A DNA stretch of 64,000 nucleotides from Octopus vulgaris (Eukaryota). The stretch spans positions 35,402,001 to 35,466,000 of the forward strand of contig OX597839.1 of NCBI GenBank assembly GCA_951406725.2. Direction: 5' to 3'. Positions 37,624 through 50,042 of the stretch are shown piece after piece (position 1 is the first letter of the stretch; each line of letters begins with the position of its first letter). The notes beneath the pieces are model-generated. The model saw only the letters and a program-made list of their open reading frames with translations. It was not told where the DNA came from and did no database searches. The position numbers and the translations under genes were made by a program.

Positions 37624-38328
37624 GTGGCCCCTAAAAAGCACCACCATTTGAGCATAGCCAATGCCAGTACTGCCTGACTGTACCAGTGCCACATAAAAGC
37701 ACTCACTACACTCTGAGTGGTTGGCATTAGGAAGGGCATCCGGCTGTAGAAATCTTTCCAGATCAGATTGGAGCTTGGTGCAGCCTCTTGGCTTGCCAAC
37801 TCTCAGTCAAACCATCCAACCCATGCCAGCATGGAAAGTGGACGTTAAACGACAACGAAGATGATGATGATGGTGATATAGTGAAGGCACATGGCTCAGT
37901 GGTTAGAGCATCGGGCTCACAATCATGAGGTTGTGAGTTCGAATCCCAGACCGGGCTCTGTGTTGTGTTCTTGAGCAAGACACTTTATTTCATGTTTCTC
38001 CAGTTCACTCATCTGTAGAAAAGAGTTGCAACATCACAAGTGCCAAGCTGTATTGGCCCCTTTGCCTTGGATAACATCAGTGGCATGGAGAGGTGAGGCT
38101 GGTATGCATGGGTGACTGTTGGTCTTCCATAAACAACCTTGTAAAGACTTGTGACTCGGTGGGGAAAGTAGGAGGTGCAATCCCATGGTCATTCATGACC
38201 AAAGGGGTTCTTTACCCTTTTATATATATATATATATATATACATATAAACACACACACACACACATGTATATATACATATATTTATATATATTTACACA
38301 CACACACACACATGTATGTATATATATT

Positions 38329-38373
<45 letters not shown>

Positions 38374-38376
38374 GTG

Positions 38377-38411
<35 letters not shown>

Positions 38412-38414
38412 GTG

Positions 38415-38481
<67 letters not shown>

Positions 38482-39077
38482 GTATAAATGTATATATATT
38501 AATAACTGGTCTTGGTGTGTTTATGTCCCCATAACTTAGCAGTTCGGCAAATGGGGTCTGATAGAATAAGTACCAGGCTTCACAAAAAGAAATAAGTACT
38601 GGGGTTGATTTATTCAACTAAAATTTTTTTAGGGCAGTGCCCCAGCATGGTCGCAGTCTAGTGACTGAAACAAGTAAAAAAATATTCCTCACCTCCTAAG
38701 AGTAAACAAAATAAGCCTTCGTGATATACCAAGTTTGATGCCATTACTACAGAAATTCTGGCCTAATCACTGAGCCAGCTAAAAAATGATGCAAAGCGCA
38801 TTGTGACCAGCGATGTATAACAAAATCTGACAGTCTGGTCGACAGTGGGGTGAATTTGTCAGATCATACATTGGCCACAGTAGAAGCATAAAAGAATAAT
38901 AGATTAGTGACTGAATCAGCCCCTAATAGTTACTTTATCAATCCCTTATTGGAGAAATTCAAAAGACTGGATCTGACAGGATTTGAAACCAGAACTAAGG
39001 ACTATAAAAATGTATTCAGTACAGTATCCTCTTCTACTGGCCTCCTCCTCTTCTTCCTCGACTAATCACAACATTGT

Positions 39078-39265
39078 ATTAAGTTGGTGCATAATTATTG
39101 CAGCTTTTTTTCAATAAATTTCATTCAACAAAAACATCGTTAAATGATTATTCTGGAGCATATTCACCATCTACCTCAATTTCTGTTTGGCATTTTGTTA
39201 AAATTTTTTGTTGAATAAAATATATTGAAAAAAAAAGCCGCAATAATTCTGCACTGACCTAATAA
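39078..39265. mobile_element. mariner-type MITE
   Basis: TA-TTAAGTTGGTGCATAATTATTGC ... GCAATAATTCTGCACTGACCTAA-TA terminal inverted repeats. Confidence 0.7.
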
Positions 39266-39391
39266 TAATTGCTTCCAATAAAGGTACAAAACCTGACAAT
39301 TAGGGAGAGAGGTTAATCAGTCCAATTAAATTGACTCCAATTTACCTGTCAAACTTAATTGTTGATTGTGATTTAACTTTTTTAATTTCAG

Positions 39392-39478
39392 GTGGTTGGT
39401 TTCATCTATGGTTATATCTGCCAACAGTTTTCATGGACGATGTATATATTATTAGCCGGATTTGCACTCTCGTGTTTA
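39392..39478 (+). CDS. SPCS1: SPCS1 exon 3 ([29 protein letters not shown])
   Basis: TTTCAG acceptor, GTAAGT donor, 87 nt; transmembrane hairpin VGFIYGY..QF.WT.YI..AGF. Confidence 0.96.
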
Positions 39479-39600
39479 GTAAGTACTATTTAATTAATTA
39501 TCCAACAAATCCTTATGTCCTTGGGTATACAACTTGAAACTGCATCAAATAGTGGGACCTTGGGTTTATGGGTCCCAAGATTTTGAGGAGTGTGGACCCA

Positions 39601-39826
39601 CCCCTTAGCCACTATTGTTCCCTGGTCTAGTCCGACCCCAGAGTAATAGCACCTGTTAGGGCCCACCCAGTTATGACCCCTTAGCCACTATTTTTCCCTG
39701 GTCTAGTCTGACCCCGGAGTAATAGCACCTGTTAGGACCCACCCAGTTATGACCCCTTAGCCACTATTGTTTCCTGGTCTAGTCTGATCCCGGAATAATA
39801 GCACCTGTTAGGGCCCACCCAGTTAT
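39601..39826. repeat. 76-bp unit x3 in SPCS1 intron 3
   Basis: CCCCTTAGCCACTATT...GTTAGGGCCCACCCAGTTATG starts at 39601, 39677 and 39753. Confidence 0.92.
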
Positions 39827-40489
39827 GGGTTATTAGCATGTCATGGAATTGCCCCTGGAAGAAGTTACTCACAGAACCCCCCTCGCAATGAACCCAGGGC
39901 AAATGAAGCCCTTCAGCTCTTTAGCTGCTCATCTCAGAGAAGATAACTCTTTACATCTTGATGACTACTGGGCTCATAGCACTTGAACAATGGGAGAATG
40001 GAACTGGTTCTGCACAAACCATACAGACCATGGTAATAATAAACCCCTACTGTCTTGCTGGGTAATTTACTGGGTATTTAAAGAAGGTTAAGGGAGTAAA
40101 CCCCCTACAGAAAATTCCGAAGGGGCCCTAATGCAGCTCCATGGATACTGTGAATGTATTGTCTTTCCTTTGTGACTTATCCATGAGTGGAGATGGGGTA
40201 AGTGTCCACGGGACTAAGCAATTGCTTCTGGAAACAGAAGCAACTTTGACCCTTTAGTGTTCAGATTATTCTATCAAACATAATGCCTATTGATTCCCAT
40301 TGATTTGAATTAATCATGCATTATCTCATATCTTCAAGATCTTGATGGTGTAATTACTTAATGTAGAATAACATTGTAGGGTAAGTGTGAGGGCCTGGAT
40401 CTGGTCAGTTTGAACATAAAACAGATTAACTATTTTGGCCAGATATGGCCGGATTAAATACTAAAGGGTTAAGGGTAATGAAAAATGCC

Positions 40490-40660
40490 CGGTTGGAGGC
40501 CCAACTTTCCGAGTTCTTTTACAGGGCTCAGAAAAACTGAAGGACCGCTGCAATAAGTGTGTGACTCTGAGAGGGGAATATGTTGGATAAAATCCTAATT
40601 AACTGATCCTCCTGTGTTTTCGTTTACCTAAAGCCAAGAACTTTTGAGCACCCCCTCATA
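40490..40660 (+). mobile_element. mariner transposon right-end fragment
   Basis: Decayed FF..G..KL..R..KCV.L.GEYV transposase C-terminus followed by TIR-like AACTTTTGAGCACCCCCTCA-TA. Confidence 0.7.
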
Positions 40661-41056
40661 TATATTTCTTTACTACCCACAAGGGGCTAAACGCAGAGGG
40701 GACAAACGAGGACAGACAAACGGATTAAGTCGATTACATCGACCCCAGTGCGTAACTGGTACTTAATTTATCGACCCCGAAAGGATGAAAGGCAAAGTCG
40801 ACCACGGCGGAATTTGAACCCAGAACGTAACGGCAGACGAAATACGGCTACGCATTTCGCCCGGCGTGCTAACGTTTCTGCCAGCTCGCCGCCTCATATA
40901 TAAAAGGGCTTCTTTCTGTTTCTGTCTACTAAATCTACTCAGAAGGCTTTGGCTACGAACTTTAATAAAAGGCATCCTAACGCTAACCCTTAATCACACG
41001 TGGCCATGCCCTGCACCTGTTAATTTCTGTCTCTCTCTCTCTCTCTCTCTTTCCAG

Positions 41057-41188
41057 TTAACTCTACCTCCTTGGCCAATGTATCGACAGAAACCTCTGAA
41101 TTGGCAGAAAGCGAAGAAGACCGACACAGAGGGAAATACTTCACAGACCAACGAGAAGAGACACAAAAAGAAGGAAAAAACCTATTAG
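41057..41188 (+). CDS. SPCS1: SPCS1 exon 4 (LTLPPWPMYRQKPLNWQKAKKTDTEGNTSQTNEKRHKKKEKTY*)
   Basis: (CT)n-TTCCAG acceptor; LPPWP.YR..PL.W motif; TAG at 41186-41188; total protein 111 aa. Confidence 0.96.
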   Translation, partial: LTLPPWPMYRQKPLNWQKAKKTDTEGNTSQTNEKRHKKKEKTY

Positions 41189-41301
41189 ATGTCAACGTTT
41201 TTGTAAACCAAAACAATTGGCTCTGATTTTTTTTTTGTTTTTTCTTTAGGCCCCTTTTTTTTTTTAAATCTGTTTGCAGATATACAAAAAATGTCTGTGC
41301 T

Positions 41302-41307
41302 ATTAAA
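41302..41307 (+). terminator. Probable SPCS1 polyadenylation signal (ATTAAA)
   Basis: ATTAAA about 115 nt after the stop codon, followed by a long T-rich tract. Confidence 0.5.
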
Positions 41308-42970
41308 GCAGATTCTGTTAATTATTTCTCTTTGTTTTTAATTTTTTTTTTTTTTTTCTCATCTTTTATCTTTCACTTATGTCAGTCATTGGACACTGTG
41401 GCCATGCTGGGGCATCATCTTGTAGGGCTTAGTCAAACACGTTGACTCTGGTACTTACGGGGTTCTTTTTTTTTTTTCTAAGTCACGTACTTAATTCTGT
41501 TGGTTTCATTTGCTGAACCACTAAGTTATGGGAACGCAAACAAACCAACACCAGTTGTCAAGCAGTGCTGGGAGACAAACATAATACACAGACACACACA
41601 TGCACGTATTGGCAATATCATCATCATCATCATTTAACGTCTGCTTTCCATGCTGGCATGGGTTGGACGGTTCAACCGGGGTCTGGGAAGCTAGGACGCT
41701 GCACCAGGCTCCAGTCTGATCTGGCAGTGTTTCTACAGCTGGATGCCCTTCCTAACGCCAACCACTCCATGAGTGTAGTGGATGCTTTTTATGTGCCTCC
41801 AGCAGAGGGGCCAGAGGAGGCTGGCAACAGTCGCAATCGGTTGGTGCTTTTTACGTGCCACCGGCACAGAAGCCAATCAAGGCGGCACTGGCATTGGCCA
41901 CGTTCGGATGGTGCTTTTACGTGCCACCGGCACTGGTATCACAACTACAATTTCCATTTGATATTTATTTTGATGTTGATGTACTTGACTCAATAGGTCT
42001 CCTCAAGCACAGCATATATATAGTATGTATAGTATAACGGGAAGGTTTACGAAAATAAACAAAAGACAAAGGCAGGTGGAGTACAAACAAACAATTGTAT
42101 TAGTATGGCACTCAGGAATAGAAATAAAACAAGTCTTTTACGTTTCGAGCCTACGCTCTTCGACAGAAAGATACACAGAAAAGAAACAAGGAGAGAAAAA
42201 AATGCGTGTAGGAGCTAACGGTACAGTGCTACCAATAAGCTCAAGCAATGATGACCAACAACCAAAAGAGCAGTAATTGAAGATTTAATTTTTTTCCTCA
42301 AGAAACCCTTGGTAGCACTAGTAATTCACAAGTATAGAATGTTTATCCACCAAATGCAGGGTCAAGCACTCATTGCCTTTGTTCAATACTATTGTGTGGG
42401 TGTGTGTATGCACACACTTACACACACACACGTATAATAATAAATGAAATGTGAAATAAGGAAACCTTTTAACAATGCAGAAAGGTTTTAAAAAAACCTT
42501 TGAGCTTCCTTCTTAGAAGCTTTCCTTATTTCTCTTTTCATTCATTTTCTACTTCTGTAATACAATGCTTCCAGTGAACTACAACGTTCATATATATATA
42601 TGTATCATCATCATCATCATCATCATTTAACATCCGCTTTCCATGCTAGCATGGGTTGGACGATTTGACTGAGGTCTGGCGAACCAGACTCCAATCTGAT
42701 CTGGCAGAGTTTCTACAGCTGGATCCCCTTCCTAATGCCAACCACTCCGAGAGTGTAGTGGGTGCTTTTACGTGCCACTGGCACCAGGGCCAGTTTTGTG
42801 GTACTGGCAACGGCCAAGTCTAAATGGTGCTTTTTACGTGCCACCTGCACATGAGCCAGTTGAGAGGCACTGGCGACGTCCTCGCTCAAATGTTTCCCAT
42901 GCCACCATCACAAGTGCTAGTAAGGCGACGCGGTAACGATCACACTTGAATGGTGATATATATATATATG

Positions 42971-43259
42971 TGGAGGCGCAATGGCCTAGTGGTTAGGGCA
43001 GCGGACTCGCGGTCGCAGGATCGCCGTTTCGATTCCCAGACAGGGCGTTGTATGTGTTTATTGAGCGAAAACACCTAAAAGCTCCACAAGGCTCCAGCAG
43101 GGGGTAGTGGTGATCCCTGCTGTACTCTTTCACCACTCTTTCTTCTGTTGGCCTGCTTGCTTAGCCAGTGGGGTGGCGTCATTCGAAGGCTAAAACAATG
43201 CAAACGCATTGTGACCAGTGATGTGTAGCAACATCTGATGGTCTGGTCGGTCACGTGAT
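42971..43259 (+). mobile_element. SINE family D (tRNA-derived head); near-identical copy 59069-59362(+); relatives at ~35660, 37880 and 46350
   Basis: GGAGGCGCAATGGCCTAGTGGTTAGGGCAGCGGACT...GTTTCGATTCCC head, shared body ending GGTCGGTCACGTGAT; both copies lie inside (TA)n. Confidence 0.85.
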
Positions 43260-45258
43260 ATATATATAGGAGAGTCTTGTAGTTTGCTTGAAGCATTGTG
43301 CATTGTTTGTAAAATATATGTCTTGAATGGCACAACAACGTTGAGTGGACTAACACAGAAGAATGTATTTCTATAATACTGACTCCATGTCCAACTTTAT
43401 GTAAGATAAGTGAAGCTGAAATTGTTTTGTCTTAAGATATGCTTTAACAGTTCTGCAGAAGATAATGATGATATTACCTCAACCCTTTTCCAATCCCTAC
43501 AAACACATACACACCAAATTAGGGTTTCCTGTTAACTTGAGACCCATTTTCTCTCCCCTTTCTCAGCCTTTCTAATCACAAATAAGAGGTACCACCACAG
43601 TTACGTCCCTTGCAACTTTACTGGTGACTTTATCAGCTCATCCTTATATCAGGGGCTGGCAAAGTGGTTGATGTTGGCCCTTGAAGATCCTGACAGCTTG
43701 ATTATTAAGGGTGCTGAATTATTAGTGAATACAGTCTGAAAGGGCATAGCAAATTTAAGGCCAAAATTCACTAATTTCAGCCAAATGTTGATGCTATGTT
43801 ATGATAAGGAACTTATTGTATTCAGTGCTTAGGTGCACCACAAGTCATCCGAAAAACCAAAACTGCATGAACAGGACACAGAATAACGCACAGGAAGTGA
43901 ACCGTGAATAAGTCTTTAAAAAACAAAAGAAAAAAGGGAGAAGAAATGGGGGGGGGCGCATCGAATGTACTGTCAGCAGATTTCAGGAAGAATGGAAGTT
44001 TTGAAGGATGTAGTGTCCAAACAGCTAACAACTGATGCAGATAGTTTATTCCATGCTTCAGTAATTCTGAGCGAAAAAAAATTTTTCCAAAAGTCATGGG
44101 TGCTGTGTTGTTTTTTTAAACTTTTTTTAATGCATGTCCATGAGTGTTAGATGCAATTCAAAGAAATGCCCAAAGTTGTTGTTGGAAAGATGGTGGATAA
44201 TCTTATGGGTGTCAAATATTAACCAATATTTTACCAAACAAATGTTTCAGTTATATCAATATAATATGACTGAATTTTTATTGATCTTTGTCAATTTTGT
44301 TAAATATTTTCATTTAATTTTCTTTAAATATTTATGGAAAAAAAATGACATACACACACACACACATGACAGGTTTCTTATTTCTTTACTGCCCACAAAG
44401 GGCTAAACACAGAGGGGACAAACAAGGACAGAAAAAGGGATTAAGTCAATTACATCGAGACCAGTACGCAACTGGTACTTAATTTATCGACCCCGAAAGG
44501 ATGAAAAGCAAAGTCGACCTCAGCGGAATTTGAACTCAGAATGTAGCAGCAGACGAAAAATTGCTAAGCATTTCGCCAGGCGTGCTAACATTTCAGCCAG
44601 CTTGCGCCTTAAAACTGAAAGGTTTCTTTCAGTTTCTGTCAACCAAATTCCCTCACAGTTGCTGGCCTTGAAACCTGCAATGGACTGGCATCCCATTCAA
44701 GAAGAATATTGAGATCTCAGTTACTTGTCTACCATAGAAATAGAGTAACTGGTCTGATGAATCTCAGGGCTCAAGAAAAAAAAAAAAGAAAAAAGAAAGC
44801 CTCTTGATTGTGGGTTTTGTTTCCACACCTGGAATTTCTTCTCTAAATCTTCCACAGACTTCACTTAGGCATTACCATATTTCATGGCATCAAAGGACAC
44901 ACACACATGCATATTACACACTCCCAAATTTTAGCAGAGCAAAAGGTTTTCATACATTAAAGCTGGGCATTGCCCAACTTTGTAAATAGGACTCAGTGTA
45001 TTGAGACATCTCTTTGAAAGAAAAAAAGAGCACATCGTAAATGAAACATTAGTACAGGTCGTTATTGACTTACGACCACAATTGGTTCCGACTGACTGGT
45101 CGTAAGTCGGCCTATAGGTCTACATAGCTTTGTTTTAAATTTTTACATTCTTAAGGTACATTCCTAGGTAAAAGTCATACACAGTATTCTGCATCATACT
45201 ATTATACTGGCATTACTAAAAGACTTCAGGGTCTCAAGCAGTTGGTCTTATAAACAAA

Positions 45259-45975
45259 TCATCATCGTTGTTCGACCGTGGTCGAGACAATGGAATTTAC
45301 CATGCTACGCCAGACTTCACGGTCCATCATGGCATTACGGAGGTCCTGTTGCTGGATGCCTGTATCCCTGGAGATTACATCAGGGTAGGAGAGTGTGCGC
45401 CCTCTGGTATTGCGAGTAGATGGCTTCCAGAGAAGAAGAGCAGAAATTGCCTCTTTTTCAGCTCTACAACAATGTCCAGCAAACTGGACTCTCCTACCTT
45501 TCACAAGAGATGACACAGGTGGTAGTTTCCCATATATTTGCATTTTGGTTGGATGGCGCTTCCACGAGAGATTTTGAGCTCTCATAAGGAGGCGAGTGTA
45601 GGTTCCTGTTGCTGGATGCCTGTATCCCTGGAGATTACATCAGGGTAGGAGAGTGTGCGCCCTCTAGTATTGCGAGTAGATGGCTTCCAGAGGAGAAGAG
45701 TAGAAATTACTTCTTTTTCAGCTCTACAACAATGTCCAGCAAACTGGACTCTCCTACCTTTTCACAAGAGATGACACAGGTGGTAGTTTCGCATATATTT
45801 GCATTTTGGTTGGATGGCGCTTCCACGAGAGATTTTGAGCTCTCATAAGGAGGCGAGTGTAGGTTCCATCCAACCGCCTCTCAAGCTTCTTTGATAACGT
45901 CCAGGTTTCTGAGCCATATAGTAGAATTGGTTTGACTGTGGCTTTGAAGATTTCAAGTTTGAAGTCTCTACTTAA
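45259..45975 (-). mobile_element. RTE-clade LINE 3' end with an internal ~260-bp tandem duplication
   Basis: Same family as 51275-51773; segment 45347-45606 is repeated at 45607-45867. Confidence 0.9.
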
Positions 45976-47659
45976 ACAAATACAAGGTTGCCTTGATGTC
46001 TCCACGACATAGTTGCCAGGCAATTTTTACAATAGAATGTCTTATATAAATTTTTATATATTTCATGTCAGAGCATGCCTTCCCCGTCAGATAGACCTCT
46101 TGGTCAGGAGAGATTTGTGCAATTTTTTGGCCAAAATACTTCGTTGAGGATTTTTTCCTTTTTAAATTATTTACATCTCTGTTCAACATGTTCTCATCCC
46201 ATTGCCACCACTGTTCTCACCTTCACTCATATAAGTCACCCTCTCTCTGTTACTACCTTTCACTCAGACTAATACTTTTTGCAACCTCCTCATTTTATCA
46301 TATAATTTGCCCAACGCATATATACATACATATATACACACATATATGCATGGTCTAGTAGTTAGGGCATTGCACTTACAAATGCTAGATTGAGGGTTCA
46401 ATTCCTGGACAAGGTTTCACATAGTGTTCTTGAGCAAAACACTTCGTCTCAAGTTGTTCTAATCCACTCAGCAGTCAATGGGTCTCCCTGTGATGGACCA
46501 ATCTTCCGATCAGGGGCAATGTTTGGCCCTACCCACCTAGCCAACAGGATGACATCATTCAGAAGCTAACACAATGTAAAGTACACTGTGACCAGCGATA
46601 TATAACATCTGATAGTCTGTCTGGTCAATACTGTGATACCATAACACACACACATATATATGTTAGGCTTCCATACAGTTTCCATTTACCAAATCCACTC
46701 ACAAGGCGTTGGTAATAAAAGACACTTCCCAAAGGTCTGATACAGAGGGATGGCACTTGAGACCACATGGTTCTCAAGTAAGCCTTTTAAACCCCACATT
46801 AACATCTGCTCCTTTATCTGTAGTCCAAAGATCAATATCTGATTGAGCAAGGGCAAACAAGTATGCCGGTCACTAAGTACATGGCCTCTCAGGCTGACTG
46901 ACTGTTTCCTCCCAGCAAACAGAGGAAATACTTTCTTTGTGAATGAATCAACAGGGAATGAATCAAGGAGCAGAAATCTAATCCTGTCAGCAATAAATAA
47001 ATCAAAATGCCTTCTCTTTATCTTTGTAATTGTTGTTTACTTTGAGCCACTGAGAAATCATCATCATCATCAGTACTATCATCATCAGCAGCAGCAGCCG
47101 TTCAAGAGTTTGGACCCGGAGATCTCCATTTCCAGCGACTTCAAGAGCCACCTCCCAGTGGTGTCGGGCGTCAAGGAAAAGCCCTCGACTACAACAAGCC
47201 GACCAAAGTGGGTTTTTTTTCCCAAGGTCTGGGATCTCCTGCCCTAAGCCCTAGGCCATCACCTAATCACCCTTACCCTATGTATAAGTTTATATCTATT
47301 TTCGTGTGTGTGTGTGAGTATGAGTGAGTGCGTTTATGTGTATGTTTGGTAGGAGAAAGAGAGTGTGTGTAGCTCTGGGGTCTGCTAACCTTTAGAACAT
47401 TAAAGAACCTTCCAATGATGATAAGCAATAAGCCCTGCCCCCCCCCCCCCCATTAAATCCCTTCATAAAAATCAATTACTCACAGTATAAGGAGCCCCAC
47501 CCCCACCGTATCATTCAATCCCCCACACACATCCCCTCTTCACAGCCTTTTGTTCCTTATCTTCTCTCAATTCTCATGTCTGGGCAAGCCACAGGCTGCC
47601 TGCTTCATAAAATATTTATTTCTTTTTTAAATGTTTCCTATCTTCCACTTTATTATCAT

Positions 47660-47995
47660 TACTATTATTATTATTATTATTATTATTATTGCCTTTGCAC
47701 AGCTTAAGATGTACAATGATATCAGCTGTTCACTACCAGTGAACTAAGGTAACACCCCCTATTTTTCGAGCACCTTCCGGAGTATTCAAGCGGTTCCAAG
47801 CAGTGCTGTTCTCGGTAAATGCTCCATCCTTATTGCAGCCCCTATTTGTTCAATGAACTTCTCAAGAATTTTACTCACTGTTCCCAGGGCTCCAAAAGTT
47901 ATTGGTACCACTACCACTCTTTTCATCAACCACAACTGCTTAACCTCCCAAGCTAACCTATCATATCTATCACCTTTTTTTACTTCCTTATAGCA
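47660..47995 (-). mobile_element. R4/Dong-like (RLE-type) non-LTR retrotransposon 3' fragment ending in (TAA)n
   Basis: YDRLAWEVKQLW..VVVVPITFGALGTV.K.LEK...ALLGTA*ILRKVLEK matches the C-terminal restriction-like endonuclease tail; a short UTR then TAA repeats. Confidence 0.75.
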
Positions 47996-48697
47996 TACCT
48001 TATCATCATCATCATCATTACTATTACTCTTATTTGTCTCATTCCCTCTTTCTCTCTTCTTTTTCATTATCTTTTACTTTCTCCAGTTATTGGACAACAG
48101 CCCTCCCTAGGCACTGCCCGCAATGGGTTTTCAGTTGAATAAATCCCTGACCTTGAGTACTTTTTTTTTTCTTAAAGCCTTGTACTTCTTCTATCAATAT
48201 CTTTTCCTAAACTACTAAGTTACAGGGACATAAACAAACCAACACCAATCATCAAGTGGCTGGTGGGGACAAGTACAAATACTGACACACACATACACAT
48301 AATCACATACATACATACATGTATAGGCGTAGGAGTGGCTGTGTGGTAAGTAGTTTGCTTACCAACCACATGGTTCCAGGTTCAGTCCCACTGCGTGGAC
48401 CAAAGCCTTGCGAGTGGATTTGGTAGATGGAAACTGAAAGAAGCCCGTTGTGTATATGTATATATATATATATATATGTGTGTGTGTATGTTTGTGTGTC
48501 TGTGTTTGTCCCCCCAACATCGCCTGATAACCGATGCTGGTGTGTTTACGTCCCCCGTAACTTAGCGGTTCAGCAAAAGAGACCGATAGAATAAGTACTA
48601 GGCTTACAAAGAATAAGTCCTAAAGGCGGTGCTCCAGCATGGCCACAGTCAAATGACTGAAACAAGTAAAAGAGAGTAAAAAGGGTAAACTCACTGC

Positions 48698-48920
48698 CTA
48701 AACACCAATCTCGATAAATTAGGCTTCTCAAAGCCAGAAAGGAGAAAGCTAATCCAAAGATTACAGATCCAATCCATCACTGGAACTGTAAAAATCTGTA
48801 AAACTTTCCAGAAGTTTATCACTTAACTATACATGAGCATGTCTAGATATGTAACTGTATGCATGAGAATACATACATAAGGCAAAGCATACAAATCTGA
48901 ACACACATGTACATACATAC
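48698..48920 (+). mobile_element. Possible 3' end of another non-LTR retrotransposon
   Basis: LNTNLDKLGFSKPERRKLIQRLQIQSITGTVKICKTFQKFIT* resembles LINE C-termini; followed by a short UTR and (CATA)n. Confidence 0.45.
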
Positions 48921-50011
48921 ATCATCATCGTTTAGCATCCGCTTTCCATGCTAGCATGGGTTGGACGGTTCAACTGGGGTCTGGGAAGCCAGAAGGCTGC
49001 ACCGGGCCCAGTCTGATCTGGCAATGTTTCTACGGCTGGATGCCCTTCCTAACGCCAACTACTCCGTGAGTGTGTAGTGGGTGCTTTTTACGTGCCATAC
49101 ATACAAACAAAAATATCCTGTTGTTGATGTTGAAATTCCAATGAAGGGGCCTTGAGGTTAGAAACCAGCTCTTTTCTCTAATGGCAGTCAGAGTTTTGAA
49201 TAATTCTTTATTACCATTTTCATTCATTTATCAAGAAAAATGAAAAACAAAATGGTGAAAAAGAGGACAGTTCATTGTTTATTTATATGAATCGTATGCT
49301 TTTTTTGCTTTGTTTAAAAGGAGAGTATTGTTTTTGTGTTTTTTGGGAAAACCCTGAGAGTGAAAAACAAAAGCAAAGAGAGGGGGGAAGAAACAGACAG
49401 AGAGAGAGAAAGGTTTCAGGACAATCCTTTATTATTTTTCTCCTCTTTCTTGATTGTCCTGAAACCCCCCCTCTCTCTCTCTCTCTCTCTGTCCTTTCCT
49501 CCTCCCCCCACTGTCCTTTGCTTTTCATTCTCTTTCTCTCACTTTTTCCAAAAGAACAAAACAATATTTTTCCTCTTCTAAACAAAGCGAAAAAGCATCC
49601 GATTCTTATGAACGAACAACGAAGCATTCTGTTTTTACCATTGTGGGCCGGATTTTGTCTTGATGAGTTAGTTAAACAAACAAAAGCTCTAATAAAGAAA
49701 TATCCAAAATTCTGACTGGCTTCCCTATTCTCAATACACAATATCTGAACACCACTTCAAACACTTTATACATACATACATATATATATATACACACACA
49801 CACACATACATACATACGCATGTATGTATGTATATGTATGTATAAGTATATGCATATGTATAGGCGCAGGAGTGGCTGTGTGATAAGAAGCTTGCTTCCC
49901 AATACATGGTTCCAGGTTCAGTCCCACTGCATGGCACCTTGGGCAAGTGTCTCCTCAGCCGACCAAAGCCTTGTGAGTGGATTTGGTAGACAGAAATTGA
50001 AAGAAAACCGT

Positions 50012-50042
<31 letters not shown>

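Noticed and set aside
42971-43045. tRNA gene candidates at SINE heads (also 59069, 2996, 50121, 35660)
   Set aside because: A/B boxes are present but there is no clean cloverleaf or acceptor stem, and each continues into a shared repeat body; these are tRNA-derived SINEs.
43655-43735. Possible minus-strand exon TVFTNNSAPLIIKLSGSSRANINHFASP*
   Set aside because: Only a modest acceptor, no recognisable homology and no partner exons.
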